Shown one piece after another: positions 11,529-22,479 of a DNA stretch of 64,000 bases. Under the pieces are notes generated by a model, which was not told the DNA's origin, ran no database searches, and worked only from the letters and a program-made list of their open reading frames with translations. Within the stretch, counting starts at the first letter, position 1. The number at the start of each line of letters is the position of its first letter. The DNA lies in NCBI GenBank assembly GCA_963832955.1, contig CAWHWC010000001.1, forward strand, positions 156,810 to 220,809, written 5' to 3'. The translations under genes were made by a program, and so were the position numbers. The stretch is from an uncultured Actinomycetes bacterium. Its GTDB lineage: Bacteria; Actinomycetota; Thermoleophilia; Gaiellales; JAICJC01.

Positions 11529-11544
11529 TTTTAGCATGCTAAAA
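11529..11544. promoter_or_regulatory. perfect 16-bp palindrome TTTTAGCATGCTAAAA, candidate operator in the hisA/yerC divergent promoter region
   Basis: The sequence equals its own reverse complement and is the only AT-rich stretch in a 30-50 bp divergent intergenic gap. It overlaps TAAAAT (11540-11545), which lies 9 nt before the yerC ATG at 11555. Confidence 0.5.
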
Positions 11545-11554
11545 TGATACCACG

Positions 11555-11875
11555 ATGACGAACGGCGCATCCCCCGCCGCCGCCGACTGGCGCACGCCCG
11601 AGGTCGACGACCTGTGCGACGCGGTGCTCGCGCTGCGCACCCGCGACGAGGTGGCCGCGTTCCTGCGCGACGTCTGCTCGCTCCACGAGCTCGAGGTGCT
11701 CGCCCACCGCTGGCACGCGGCCCGCCTGCTCGACCAGGGCATGCCCTACGCCGAGGTGGCGCGCAGCGCGTGCACGGCTCGACCACGACCGTCACCCGGG
11801 TCGCGCACTGGCTGCGCCACGGCGAGGGCGGCTACCGGCTCGTGCTCGACCGCCGCGGCGCACGAGGCGGCGATG
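11555..11875 (+). pseudogene. YerC/YecD (TrpR-like) DNA-binding protein, one apparent frameshift; 3' end uncertain
   Basis: 'CDAVLALRTRDEVAAFLRDVCSLHELEVLAHRWHAARLLDQGMPYAEV' is in the 11555 frame. It continues as 'GSTTTVTRVAHWLRHGEGGY' in the 11614 frame. Confidence 0.6.
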
Positions 11876-12752
11876 AGCCGCCCGCTTCCGCCTGGCGCTG
11901 CCGTCGCAAGGGCCGCCTGCACGCACCCCGCGCTCGACCTCGGCCGCGCGGCCGCCGGCGTCGAGGTCGACGTCAACGGCCGCGCGCTCCACGCGCACTG
12001 CTCCCAGTGGGACATCGAGGTGCTCTTCGCACGGGCCGACGACATGCCCGCCTGGACCGCCGACGGTGCCGTCGAGGCGGCGGTCGCCGGCCGCGACCAG
12101 ATCGCTCGAGTGCGGCGCCGAGCGTGGACGAGCTCGTGCCGCTCGGCTTCGGCCGCTGCTCGCTGCAGGTGGCGGTGCCGGCCGGGCGGGCGATCGACGA
12201 CGGTCGCGGAGCTCGACGGCGGCCGGGTCGCGACGTCGCACCCCCGCATCACGGCCGACGACTTCTTCGCCGCCGAGGGCCTGCGCGGTCGAGACCGTCG
12301 CCATCCACGGCTCGGTCGAGCTGGCGCCGCGGCTGGACGCGGCCGACGGCCATCGTGCGACCTCGTCTCGAGCGGCGACACGCTGCGCCAGAACGGCCTG
12401 CGGCCGATCGCGACCGTGCTCGAGTCCGAGGCGGTGCTGGTCGCGCGGCCCGACCTGGACGACGCGCCAGCGCCGCGTCGCCGACGAGCTCGCGACGGTG
12501 ATCCGACAGCGTCGTCGACGCCCGCGGCCGCCGCTACCTGATGCTGAACGCGCCCGACGACTCGCTGGACGCGATCGTCGACCTCGCTGCCCGGCCTCGA
12601 CTCGCCCACGGTGCTGCCGCTGGCGCGCGCCGGGCTGGCACGCCGTCCACGCGGTCGTCGAGCGCGACCAGGTGGTCGACCTGCTCGGCCCGCTGCGCGC
12701 CGCCGGCGCGCGGTCGCTGCTCGTGCTCCCGATCCACAACCTGATCCCGTGA
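11873..12752 (+). pseudogene. hisG: ATP phosphoribosyltransferase, frame-disrupted
   Basis: ATG at 11873 ('MSRPL'). 'DIEVLFARADDMPAWTADGAVEAAVAGRDQI' is in the 11555 frame. The tail '[34 protein letters not shown]' is in 12066..12752. Confidence 0.7.
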
Positions 12753-13775
12753 GCGCGATCGACGTCATCCGCCCCGATCTGCGCGGACGCTGGTCGGCCC
12801 TACCGCTGGCAGGACAGCGCTGCCCGCCGACGCGCCGCTGCATGCGCTTCGACATGAACACCTCGCCGGTCGCCGCCGGCGTGGTACGTGCCAGGAGCTC
12901 GCGCGGCTCGCCCGCGTCTCCGCCGCAGTCCTACCCGGACGCCACCTACATGCGCCTGCGCGACGCGATCGCCGGACACACCGGCTTCCCCGCGAGCAGA
13001 TCGTCCCGACGGCGGGCGCCGACGAGGCGCTCCACCTGTGCGCGCTGCTCTCGCTCGCGCCCGGCAGACGAGCGTACGTGCGCCGCCCCGCGTACGGCTA
13101 CTACGGCATCGCGACCCGGCTCGCCGGGGCGGACGCTCGTGCACGAGCCGAACGCCGAGGTCGACCTGACTCTGTGGTCGTGCGTGCCCCACAACCCGAC
13201 CGGCGCGGACGCGTCCGACGAGGACGTGTGCCGAGCGCGGCGGCCTCGTCGTGATCGACCAGGCCTATCTCGAGTTCGGCGGCACCGATCTCTCCGACCT
13301 GGTGCGCGAGCGCGAGAACACCGTGTGCGTCCGCACCTTCTCGAAGGCCTTCGCGCTGGCCGGGATCCGCGGTCGGCTACATCATCGCGCCCGCCGAGAT
13401 CGCCGCGCCGGCTCGACGGCGATCCGCCCGCCGGCCTCGATCGCGTCGCACTCGGCGGCGCTCGCCGAGATCGCGCTCGAGCCAGGCCACGTCGCCGAGA
13501 TGCGCGCCCGGGCGGCCGCGACCTGCGCCGAGCGCGAGCGGATGGCGAGGCGCTCCGCGCCGCCGGCTACGCCGTGCCGGCCGTCGTGCACGAACTTCCT
13601 GCTCGTCGACATCGGCCGGCCGGCCGAGCCGTTCGCGCGCGGCTGCTCGAGCGCGGCCTGGTCGTGCGCACCTTCGCCGATCCGCTGCTCGCGACCCATC
13701 GATCCGGGTCAGCCTGGCGACCCCGTACGACGACGACCGCCTGCTCGCGGCGCTCGGGGCGGCCGTGCCGGCGCG
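12749..13775 (+). pseudogene. hisC: histidinol-phosphate aminotransferase, frame-disrupted; 3' end approximate
   Basis: GTG 12749 overlaps the hisG stop. 'PHNPTGA' is in the 12611 frame. '[10 protein letters not shown]...[16 protein letters not shown]' (PLP-lysine region) is in 13251..13946. Confidence 0.7.
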
Positions 13776-14390
13776 AGGCCGAGGCACCGGAGCCGGCGCC
13801 GCGGATCGGCGACCGTCGAGCGGCGCACGACCGAGACCGACATCCGCTGCCGGGTCGCGCTCGACGGGTGCGGGCGCGTCGGCCGTCGCGACGGGGATCG
13901 GCATGCTCGACCACATGCTCGACCGCGCTCTCGACGCACTCGCTGATCGACCTCGACCTGACCTGCGCGGGCGACCTGTGGGTCGACGAGCACCACACCG
14001 TCGAGGACGTCGCCATCGTCCTCGGCCAGGCGCTCGACGGCGCCCTCGGCGAGCGGGCCGGGATCCGCCGCTTCGGCGACGCGCGCGCCCCGCTCGACGA
14101 GGCGGCCGTCCACGCCACCGTCGACCTGGGCGGCCGCGGCGTCGCGCGCGATCGACCTGCCCTTCGCGGGCGAGCGGGTCGGCGCGCTCCCCGCCTCCCT
14201 CGTCCCCCACTTCTTCGACAGCGCTCGCCCGCCAGCGGCCGCATCGGCCATCCACCTCACGGGGACGGGCGCCGACGACCACCACCTGCTCGAGGCGGCG
14301 TTCAAGGCGCTCGCGCTGGCGCTGCGGGCGGCCTGGGAGCCGGACCCGCGCCGCGCCGGGGCGGTGCCGAGCACGAAGGGGAGCCTGTGA
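13765..14390 (+). pseudogene. hisB: imidazoleglycerol-phosphate dehydratase, frame-disrupted; 5' end approximate
   Basis: '[18 protein letters not shown]', '[11 protein letters not shown]' and '[31 protein letters not shown]' lie in three different frames. Stop TGA 14388-14390. Confidence 0.7.
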
Positions 14391-14394
14391 CCGC

Positions 14395-15010
14395 GTGTGC
14401 GTCGTCGACTACGGCGCGGGCAACCTGCGCAGCCTGCGCACGGCCTCGAGCGGCGGGAGCCGACGTCACGGTGACGGACGACGCCGAGCCGGGTGGCGGC
14501 GCGGATTGCGTGCTCGTGCCCGGCGTCGGCGCAGCGGGTGCGGCCATGGCAGCGCTCGAGCGGCGCGGCCTCGCCGCGGCGATCCGCGATGCGGCGGACG
14601 GCGGGGGCGCACGTGTTCGGGATCTGCCTGGGCCTCCAGCTCCTGTTCGAGCGAAGCGACGAGGACGACGTCGCGTGCCTCGGGCCTCCTGCCCGGCCGG
14701 GCCGTCGCGATCGACTGGTCGCCGACCGCCTGCCCGCACATGGGCTGGAACGACGTGACGCCGCCGGCCGACCACCCGCTCGCGCGGCGCGCTGCCGGCG
14801 GTCTGCTACTTCGCCCACTCCTACGTCGGTCGAGCCGGCCGACGCCGCCGAGGTGGTGCGGCGACGACGGAGCTGGACGGCCGCCGGTTCGCGTCCGTCG
14901 TCGGCCGCCGGCCGGGTGGCCGGCGGTGCAGTTTCACCCGGAGAAGAGCGGCGCCGGCCGGCCGCGCGCTCCTGCGCGCGTTCCTGCGGTGGAGCGACGA
15001 TGCTGCGTAG
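14395..15010 (+). pseudogene. hisH: imidazole glycerol phosphate synthase, glutaminase subunit, frame-disrupted
   Basis: '[14 protein letters not shown]', 'HMGWN' and 'VQFHPEKS' are in the 13765 frame. '[14 protein letters not shown]' (catalytic Cys) is in the 14493 frame. Confidence 0.7.
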
Positions 15011-15756
15011 GCGCGTCATCCCGTGCCTCGACGTGCGCGGCGGCCGGCTCGTCAAGGGCGTGCGCTTCCGCGACCTGCGCGACTGCGGCGACCCTGTCGA
15101 CGCCGCCGCCCGCTATGCCGCGGCCGGCGCCGACGAGATCGTGTGGCTCAACATCTCGGCCGGGGACGAGGCCTGGGCAGGAGCTCCTGCGAGCCGTCGA
15201 GCGGGCGGCCCGAGCGGGTCGACGTGCCGCTGTGCGTCGGCGGCGGCGTCGACGGGTCGGAGCGGGCCCACGACCTGCTGCTCGCGGGCGCCGACAAGGT
15301 CTCCGTCAACACCGCCGCCCTGCGACCGGCCCGAGCTGTGTCGCGAGCTGGCGGCGCGGCTCGGCCGCCAGTGCGTCGTGGTCGCGATCGACGCCGCCCG
15401 CGGCGAACGGCGGCTGGTGAGACGTACGCCTCGGCCGGCCGCGAGGCGACGGCCGTCGAGGCGATCGGTGGGCGCAGGAGGCGGCCCGGCGCGGGAGCGG
15501 GCGAGCTGCTCGTGACGAGCATCGACGCCGACGGCGGCCGACGCCGGATACGACCTCGAGCTGATCGGCCGGTCCGGCCGCGGTGCGGGTGCCGGTGTCG
15601 CCTCGGGCGGCGCGGGCGGCGCAGGCGACATGGTGGCCGCGCTGCGGGCCGGCGCCGCAGGCGGCGCTGGCCGCGTCGATCTTCCACGACGGCGAGACGA
15701 CGATGGACGAGGTCAAGCGGGAGGTGGCCGCGTGCGGCCTGCCGTCACGCCTGTGA
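15000..15756 (+). pseudogene. hisF: imidazole glycerol phosphate synthase, cyclase subunit, frame-disrupted
   Basis: ATG 15000 opens '[33 protein letters not shown]'. 'PLCVGGGV...[12 protein letters not shown]' and '[11 protein letters not shown]' are in the 15023 frame. Stop TGA 15754-15756. Confidence 0.7.
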
Positions 15757-16338
15757 GCATCCCCGAGGGCGCGCTCCTGCCCTGCGTCGTCCAGGACGCG
15801 GACACAGGCACGGTGCTGATGCTCGCCTACGTCGACGCGGAGGCGCTCGAGGCGACCGTGCGCACCGGGCTCGCCCACTTCCACTCGCGCTCGCGCGACC
15901 GGCTCTGGCAGAAGGGCGAGACCTCCGGGCAACGTCCTCGCGCGTCGTCGTCGATCGCCGGCCGACTGCGACGCGCGACGCGCTCCTGATGCTGGCCCAC
16001 CCCGCCGGGCCGACCTGCCACACCGGCAGCCGAGTCCTGCTTCGGCGACGCCGCGCCCGCTCCTCGCGGAGCTGGCCGGACGTGATCGGCGAGCGGGCCG
16101 AGGCAGGCGGCGGCGGCTCGTACGTCGCGGGCTGCTGGCCGACGCGCGCGAGCGCCCCCAGCGCAAGGTCGGCGAGGAGGCGGTCGAGAGTGCTCCTGGC
16201 CGAGCCCGGCAGCGAGCATCTGGTGTCCGAGGTGGCCGACCTGTGGTTCCACTCGATGCTGCTGCTGGCCCGCGACGGCCTCGATCCGCTGGCACCGCTG
16301 GCCGAGCTGGGCGCAGGCGCCGCGATCCCGCTGTGTGA
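15753..16338 (+). pseudogene. hisI: bifunctional phosphoribosyl-AMP cyclohydrolase / phosphoribosyl-ATP pyrophosphatase, frame-disrupted
   Basis: GTG 15753 overlaps the hisF stop. 'LLPCVVQDADTGTVLMLAYVDAEALEATVRTGLAHFHSRSRDRLWQKGETSG' is in 15630..15989. 'EVADLWFHSMLLLARDG' is in the 15023 frame. The likely stop is TGA 16336-16338. Confidence 0.7.
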
Positions 16339-16385
16339 GCGGGATTGGAAACGGACTGGCGAAGCCGCGTTCTCGCTTGACACGG

Positions 16386-16414
16386 TCTGGATGCTGAGGT
16401 ATCCCTGGCAAGCG
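16386..16414 (+). promoter_or_regulatory. possible sigma70-type promoter for the glycan cluster (TTGACA-N17-TATCCC)
   Basis: TTGACA 16386-16391, a 17-nt spacer, and a weak -10 at 16409-16414. It lies in a lower-GC gap and is followed by a strong RBS GGGAGGAAGG before GTG 16462. Confidence 0.3.
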
Positions 16415-16461
16415 GGTACCATTCGACCCGCCGCTCAGCCTTTTTCAGGGAGGAAGGTCGC

Positions 16462-18143
16462 GTGATCGATGATATTGGGCGCCCGGGCCGCCCCATGGCC
16501 GACTACGTTCGCATCATCCGGAGAGGATGGTGGATCATCGTCGCGACGGTTCTCATCGTCGCCGCCGCCACCTACGCCGTCTCGTCTCGGCAGAAGCCGA
16601 GTTCCAGGCGACCGCGCGAGGATCTGATCAGCGCACCGACGTCTCGAGCACGTCGCAGAACCAGCTCGTCGTCGAGGACGCGCTGCGCAGTACGTCGACG
16701 ACGCAGGCCGCGCTCGCGCAGAGCCCGCAGTGGCGGCCGCGGCGCTGAAGGCTGCCCATATCCACGACCTGACGCCGGGGAAGCTCCTGAAGTCCTCGAC
16801 GGTGACCGCGGATCCGACCGCCACGGTCGTCTCGTTCGCGGTGACCTACCACACCCGGGCCGGCGCGGTGGCGCTCGCCAACGCGTACGCGCAAGGCGTT
16901 CGCCGACCACAGCCTCAGCAGCCCGGAGGCAGATCACCAAGCCGACTCGATCCGACGCAAGCAGATCAGGCCGACGACTTGAGCAGCCAGCTCACCAGGC
17001 CAGTACCAGATCCAGGCGGAGGCCAGAACGACCAGAGCGCCGGGGCAGCTCTACCCGCAGGCCGACTTCCAACTCCAGCCCAGATCGCAAAGCTGCACCG
17101 CGGAGCAGAACCAGTCTCGAGCTACGGCAAGATCTCCGGGACGGCCTGGGCCGAGCCGTGCAGAGCCAGGCCGCGGGCGCACACGCAGCTCGCCCCGAAC
17201 ACGAAGCGCAACACGGCGATCGGCGTCATTCTCGGGGTCGTCCTCGGCATCGGCCTCGTCTTCGCCCGCGAGGCGTTCGACACTCGCATCCGCTCGGCCG
17301 AGCAGGTCGCCTCCGAGCTGGGGCTGCCGCTCTTCGGCCGGCTTGCCGCGGCCCGACAAGGACATGCGAAAGCACGACCAGCTGACGCTGCTCGCGGATC
17401 CCCACGGCATCCACAGCGAGGCCTACAAGAAGCTTCGAGTCAGCCTCGACTTCGCAAACCTGGACCCGCAGGCGCAGATGCTCCTCGTGACGAGCGCCGT
17501 GGCCCAGGAGGGCAAGTCGACGACCGCGGCCAACCTGGCCGTCGCGATGGCCGCGTCGGGACGAAACGTGATCCTCGTCGACCTCGACCTGCGCGCACCG
17601 TATCTCGACCGGTTCTTCGGCCTGTCGGGCCGGCCCGGCGTCACGGACGTCGTGCTCGGGAACGCGTCCCTCGACGAGGCGCTCGTCCCGGTCGTGGTGC
17701 CCGGCGCCCCCGATCCCGGCGCACGCCGGAACGGTCACGGCCACGCACCGTCAGGGTCGCTCCTCCACGTGCTCGTCGCAGGCGATCCGCCGTCCGACCC
17801 GTCCTCGCTGCTGGCCTCCAAGGCGCTCGCGACGCTTCTCACGGAGCTCCGCGAGCGTGCCGAGACGGTCGTCATCGACACGCCTCCGGTGCTCCCGGTC
17901 GCCGACACGATGGCGCTCACGTCACAGGCCGACGCGTACATGATCGTGTCGAAGCTCGACCTCGTCCGCCGGCCGATGCTGCACGAGCTGCGGCGCGAGC
18001 TCGGCACGGCCCGCGCGCTCGGCCTTGGAGTGGTCGTGACCGACGCCGAGTCCGAGTCGGGCTACGGCTACGGCGGCGGCTATGGGTACGGCGGCTATGG
18101 GGCGACGCCGGACAAGCAGACCCCGACGCGCGCGAATCGATGA
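16462..18143 (+). pseudogene. Wzc-like polysaccharide copolymerase fused to a BY-tyrosine kinase; the N-terminal half is frame-disrupted and the kinase domain is intact
   Basis: N-terminal TM 'RRGWWIIVATVLIVAAATYAV'. Second TM 'NTAIGVILGVVLGIGLVFAREAFD' is in the 16730 frame. The kinase domain is in 17343..18143, with Walker A 'AQEGKSTTAANLA', A' 'VILVDLDLR', B 'VVIDTPP' and a C-terminal Tyr cluster GYGYGGGYGYGGYG. Confidence 0.75.
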
Positions 18144-18943
18144 CCCGTGCGACGGCGGCGGTGGACAGTCAGCCGATGACCTCTAGCGTGATGGGCACGG
18201 AGCTGTACGCGGGCGACATCGACGGTGCTGCTGAGACCGTCATCCAGCGCGCCCTCTCGGCAGAGGGCGGCTACGCCTCGCTGACCGGCGTGCACGGCCT
18301 GACGCTCGCCCAGCGCGACCCCGGCCTGCGCCACGCGCTCGACGGCGCATGGATGAATTTCCCCGACGGCGCGCCGGTCGCGTGGCGCGAGCGCCGAAAC
18401 GGCGCCGCCAAGGCCAAGCGAATCGCCGGTCCCGATCTGATGCCGCTGGTGATGGACCGCGGGCGGGCACACGGCCTGCGCCACTACCTGTTCGGCGCGA
18501 CGCCCAACGTGCTCGAGCGGCTCGAGCGGAATCTGCTCGAGCGGTTCCCCGGCGCGTCGATCGTCGGCACGAGCTCGCCTCCGTTTCGGGCGATGAACGC
18601 CCCCGAGGAGCGGGAGGCCGTGGCTGCGATCCTCGGCGCCGACCCGCACATCGTCTGGGTCGGCCTGGGGACTCCGAAGCAGGACCTGTGGATGCACCGG
18701 CTCTCACCCGACCTCGGCAGCGTCCTTGCGATGGGCGTCGGCGCCGCGTTCGACTTCATCTCCGGCAACCGTCCCCGGGCCCCCATGTGGATGCAGGAGT
18801 CAGGTCTCGAATGGCTGCACCGGATGGTGCACGACCCGCTCAAGCTCGCACCGCGCTACGCCGCGGCGAACACGCTTTTCATCGCCAGCACCATCGCCGA
18901 GGTCACCCGCGACACGGTCGGGGCTGCCCGTCCGTCCCGGTGA
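18140..18943 (+). CDS. WecB/TagA/CpsF family (GT26) glycosyltransferase
   Basis: Intact frame from ATG 18140, which overlaps the kinase stop (ATGA). Contains 'GPDLMPLVMD...HYLFGATPNVLERLERNL...IVWVGLGTPKQDLWM...MGVGAAFDFISG...APMWMQESGLEWLHR'. Confidence 0.8.
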   Translation: MTRATAAVDSQPMTSSVMGTELYAGDIDGAAETVIQRALSAEGGYASLTGVHGLTLAQRDPGLRHALDGAWMNFPDGAPVAWRERRNGAAKAKRIAGPDLMPLVMDRGRAHGLRHYLFGATPNVLERLERNLLERFPGASIVGTSSPPFRAMNAPEEREAVAAILGADPHIVWVGLGTPKQDLWMHRLSPDLGSVLAMGVGAAFDFISGNRPRAPMWMQESGLEWLHRMVHDPLKLAPRYAAANTLFIASTIAEVTRDTVGAARPSR

Positions 18944-18947
18944 TGCT

Positions 18948-20182
18948 GTGCGGGTGCTGGTCGTCCACAACCGGTACCGGAGCGCGCAGCCGAGCGGCGA
19001 GAACGCGGTAGTCGAGGAGGAGACGAGCCTCCTCCGCGGCGCGGGCGTCACGGTCGAGGTGCTCTCGGTCGAGAGCGACGACATCGCCGTCGTGGCCGGC
19101 CGCGAAGCGCCTGACGCTGCCCGGCCGGGTGGTCTGGTCGCGGGACGGAGCACGGACGGTGAGGCGCGCGATCGCGGGGTACCGGCCCGACGTCGTCCAC
19201 TTCCACAACACGTTCCCGCTGCTCAGCCCGGCCGCGCTGCGCGCCGCGCACGGGGCAGACGTGCGGGTGGTGCAGACGCTGCACAACTTCCGGCCCCTGT
19301 GCCCGGCCGCCACGTTCCTGCCGCGACGGAAGGGTGTGCGAGGACTGCCTGGGCCGCGTCCCCATCCCGGCGGTCGTCCACGGGTGCTACCGCGTCATCG
19401 AGGCTGGCGACGCTCCCGATCGCCGCCAAGGACGCCCTCCACAGCGCGATCGGCACCTGGTCGAAGCGCGGTCGACACCTACATCACGCCCTCCGAGTTC
19501 GCCCGCAGCCGCTACCTGAAGGCGGGCTGGCCGGCCGACCAGATCGTCGTCAAGTACAACACGGCGCCCGACCCCGGAACCCCCCGGCCGGACTACGAGG
19601 GGGGCTTCGTGTGCCTCTCCCGGCTCGCGCCCGAGAAGGGCATCGACGTGCTCCTCGACGCGTGGGGCCGGACGTTCCCCGACGGCGGCGCACGCCTCAG
19701 GATCGTCGGGTCGGGCGAGCTGGAGACCGAGCTGCGGGCTCGCGCGGCGACGCTGACCGGTGTGGAGCTCGCCGGCCAGCTCCCGCGCGACGCGGGCCTC
19801 GAGATCCTCGCCGGAGCGCGCGCGCTCGTCGTCCCGTCGCGCTGGTACGAGGTGTTCCCGCGGATCGTCGCCGAGGCCTACGCGCTGGGCGTGCCCGTCA
19901 TCGCCTCGCGGCTCGGCAGCCTCGAGGAGATCGTCGCCGACGGCAGGACGGGCCTGCACTTCGACCCCCGACGACGCCGCCGATCTCGGCCGGGCGCTGC
20001 GGGCGCTCGCCGACGACCGCGGCCTGGCGGAACGCCTGGGCGAGGGGGCCCGGCGGGAGTACGAACAGCACCTGAGCCCTGGGGCGACCACCGATCGGCT
20101 GCTCGAGATCTACTCGGGCGCACCGCCGCGCGTCACCGCCGCCGGGAGCGCGCCGCTGACGGCCGGAGGCGCGGCGCTGTGA
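18948..20182 (+). pseudogene. GT4 family glycosyltransferase, frame-disrupted
   Basis: 'VRVLVVHNRYRSAQPSGEN' is in the 18726 frame. 'DVVHFHNTFPLLSP...' and 'GRLAPEKGIDVLLDAW...VVPSRWYEVFPRIVAEAYALGVPVIASRLGSLEEIVADGRTGLHFDP' are in the 19129 frame. The tail is in 19760..20182. Confidence 0.75.
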
Positions 20183-20200
20183 ACGTCGTCGCCCAGAGAC

Positions 20201-21555
20201 GTGCCGCGGCGCCGCCGAGTCGCCACCCGTACCGAGCCCGCGGAGCTCAGCCGGTTCGTGTTCTGGTCGTTCGCCGCGCTGATCATCTTCTGCGCCGTCT
20301 ACTTCCACTCCAAGACGGATCCCGGCACGCGGTTCGCGATCCGAAACGGACAGCTCGCGAACTACGGCCCGAGCTGGTGGGACCAGCAGAAGTTCGGGTC
20401 GTTCACACCCGGCGACCTGGCCGTGTTCGCGTTCGCGTATGCCGGCTTCATCGAACGGCTGCGGACGGGGCGGCTGCACGTCGCCGGCCGGACGGCGTGG
20501 CTGATCGGGTTGGGGACGACCGCGGTGCTGGCGGGCATCGCGGCCGGCGTCTACCACGAGACCGCGAGCCCGTTCGGCGACTGGCGCGACCTGGCCGTCG
20601 GCCTGCTGTTCGCGTTCGCCCTCTGGTCGACGGTGCTCCAGACCGACCGGGACTGCCTCCAGTTCGCGCAGATCTTCGTCGCGATCATGGCCGCCTACGG
20701 CGTCGACCAGCTTGATGCAATACGCCTCGGGCGGCGGCGAGATCGCCTTCTACGGCCGGACGACGACGGGCGACCACGCGACCCTGGAGTTCATGGTGGC
20801 CGCGGTCGGCATCTCGCTGGCGATGCTGCGAACGAACAGGACGCGGTGGCTCTGGTGGGCGGGGATCTCGTCGGCACGAGCGTCGTCGCTCTGGCGTTCC
20901 GCCGCTACGCGTGGGTCGAGCTCGCCATCGTGTTCGCGGCGTTCGTCCTGCTGCTTTCGGGCGCCAGCCGGCGCCGGTACCTCGTCGCGATCGGCGGCGT
21001 GGCCGCGGCCTGTCTCATCACTGTGGCCCTGACCTGGTCGTCGCTCGACTGGTCCGGGCGGCTGAACAGCCTCGACCCGACCCTCACGCGCGACAGAACA
21101 TCTACGCGACGACGAATCAGGGCCACATCAACGACATCCTCGACGGCTGGGACGAGGTCCGCACACACCCGGTGTTCGGGCTCGGGGTGGGCGTCCTCTA
21201 CCTCGGCTCAGCGCACCGCTCAGTGGAAGGGCGACGCCGGCATGGTGCACAACGCGCCGATCGAGGTGTGGATCAAGTTCGGCCTCCTCGGCCTCGTCGT
21301 CTTCGTGGCGATCTACGTGATCCTCTTCCGCGACATCTGGAGGCGACGCAACCGCGGCCGGATACTCCGACCTGCTCGCGTTCGGCGGCGGCGCGTTCCT
21401 GCTCGGGAACTTCGTCGTCATCGCCAGCGTGTACTCGTGGCCGTTCGGCGCGTGGGAGAAGGCGCATCCTCATCTTCGCGCTGATCGCCATGGCGTATCC
21501 GCCCGGTTGGCGGTACTCGCCACAACGCCCGGCAGCCCCGGCGACCGAGAGCTGA
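20201..21555 (+). pseudogene. O-antigen ligase/polymerase-like (Wzy-type) integral membrane protein, frame-disrupted
   Basis: Many TM segments are spread over 20201..21484, 20712..21032 and 20911..21555, for example 'FVFWSFAALIIFCAVYF', 'TAWLIGLGTTAVLAGIAAGVY', 'IEVWIKFGLLGLVVFVAIYVILF'. Position in the cluster also supports the call. Confidence 0.55.
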
Positions 21556-21556
21556 C

Positions 21557-22479
21557 ATGGAGAGAGATGTGCCGGAGCCCGACTCGCTCGACCTGACCGT
21601 GGTGACCCCGTCGTACGGGTACGCCCACTTCCTGCGCGACGCGATCGTGAGCGTCGCCGAGCAGCCGGGCATCACCGTCGAGCACATCGTGCAGGACGGC
21701 GGCTCGACCGACGGCACGGTGGAGCTGCTCCAGGAGCTCGACGACCGGGTGGACTGGGTATCCGAGCCGGACGACGGCCAGTCCGACGCGCTCAACCGCG
21801 GCATCGCCCGGGCCCGCGGCCGCTGGATCGCATGGCTGAACGCGGACGAGTTCTACCTCCCCGGCGGCCTGGCGGCCCTCGTCCGCGCAGGGCGACGCGA
21901 CGGGCGCCGACGTCGTCTACGGCGACACCCTCTTCTCGGACGGCGACGGACGGCTGACCCGCCTCTGCCGCAGCACCGGTTCTCGCCGTTCGTGCTGCGC
22001 TCGTACGGCTGCTTCATCAGCACCGTCTCGTGCATCGTACGCCGCGATCGTCGCTCGGGCGACGACCCCATCGACGTCGTCGATGCGGCGGATGATGGAC
22101 TGGGACCTGTATCTGCGGCTGCTCGCCGAGGCGGGCGTCGTTCCGGCACGTGACGACACCGGTCGGCGTCTTCCGCGCGCACGACACGCGCGTGACCGCC
22201 ACCGAGCGGCGCGGGTTCTTCGAGCGGCTCAACCGCGACGACGGGTTCGGGCGTGAGTACGACATGGTGCGCGAGCGCTACGGCGCGATGCGCATGCGCC
22301 GGGTCGGGCACGTCGCCCACGGCGCCCTCAAGCTGACCGACGGCGGCTACCGGCGCCAGCTCCGGGCCCGAAACCTGCACGGCGCCGACCTGCGCTGGTG
22401 GGCGTCGCCCGGGGGTGCGGCGGCGTGGGAGCGCGTTCGGGCGGAGTGCTACCCGTCGTCGAATGGGCGACCGCGATGA
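21557..22479 (+). pseudogene. GT2 family glycosyltransferase, frame-disrupted
   Basis: 'LTVVTPSYGYAHFLRDAIVSVAEQPGITVEHIVQDGGSTDGT...DDGQSDALNRGIARARGRWIAWLNADEFY' is in 21557..22153. The C-terminus is in 22150..22479. Confidence 0.75.

Noticed and set aside
12611-15420. Very long his-region ORFs (715 aa and 551 aa) that could be taken as single large proteins.
   Set aside because: They are chimeric read-throughs. Each carries short genuine segments of hisC/hisB/hisH/hisF separated by Arg/Pro-rich out-of-frame stretches.
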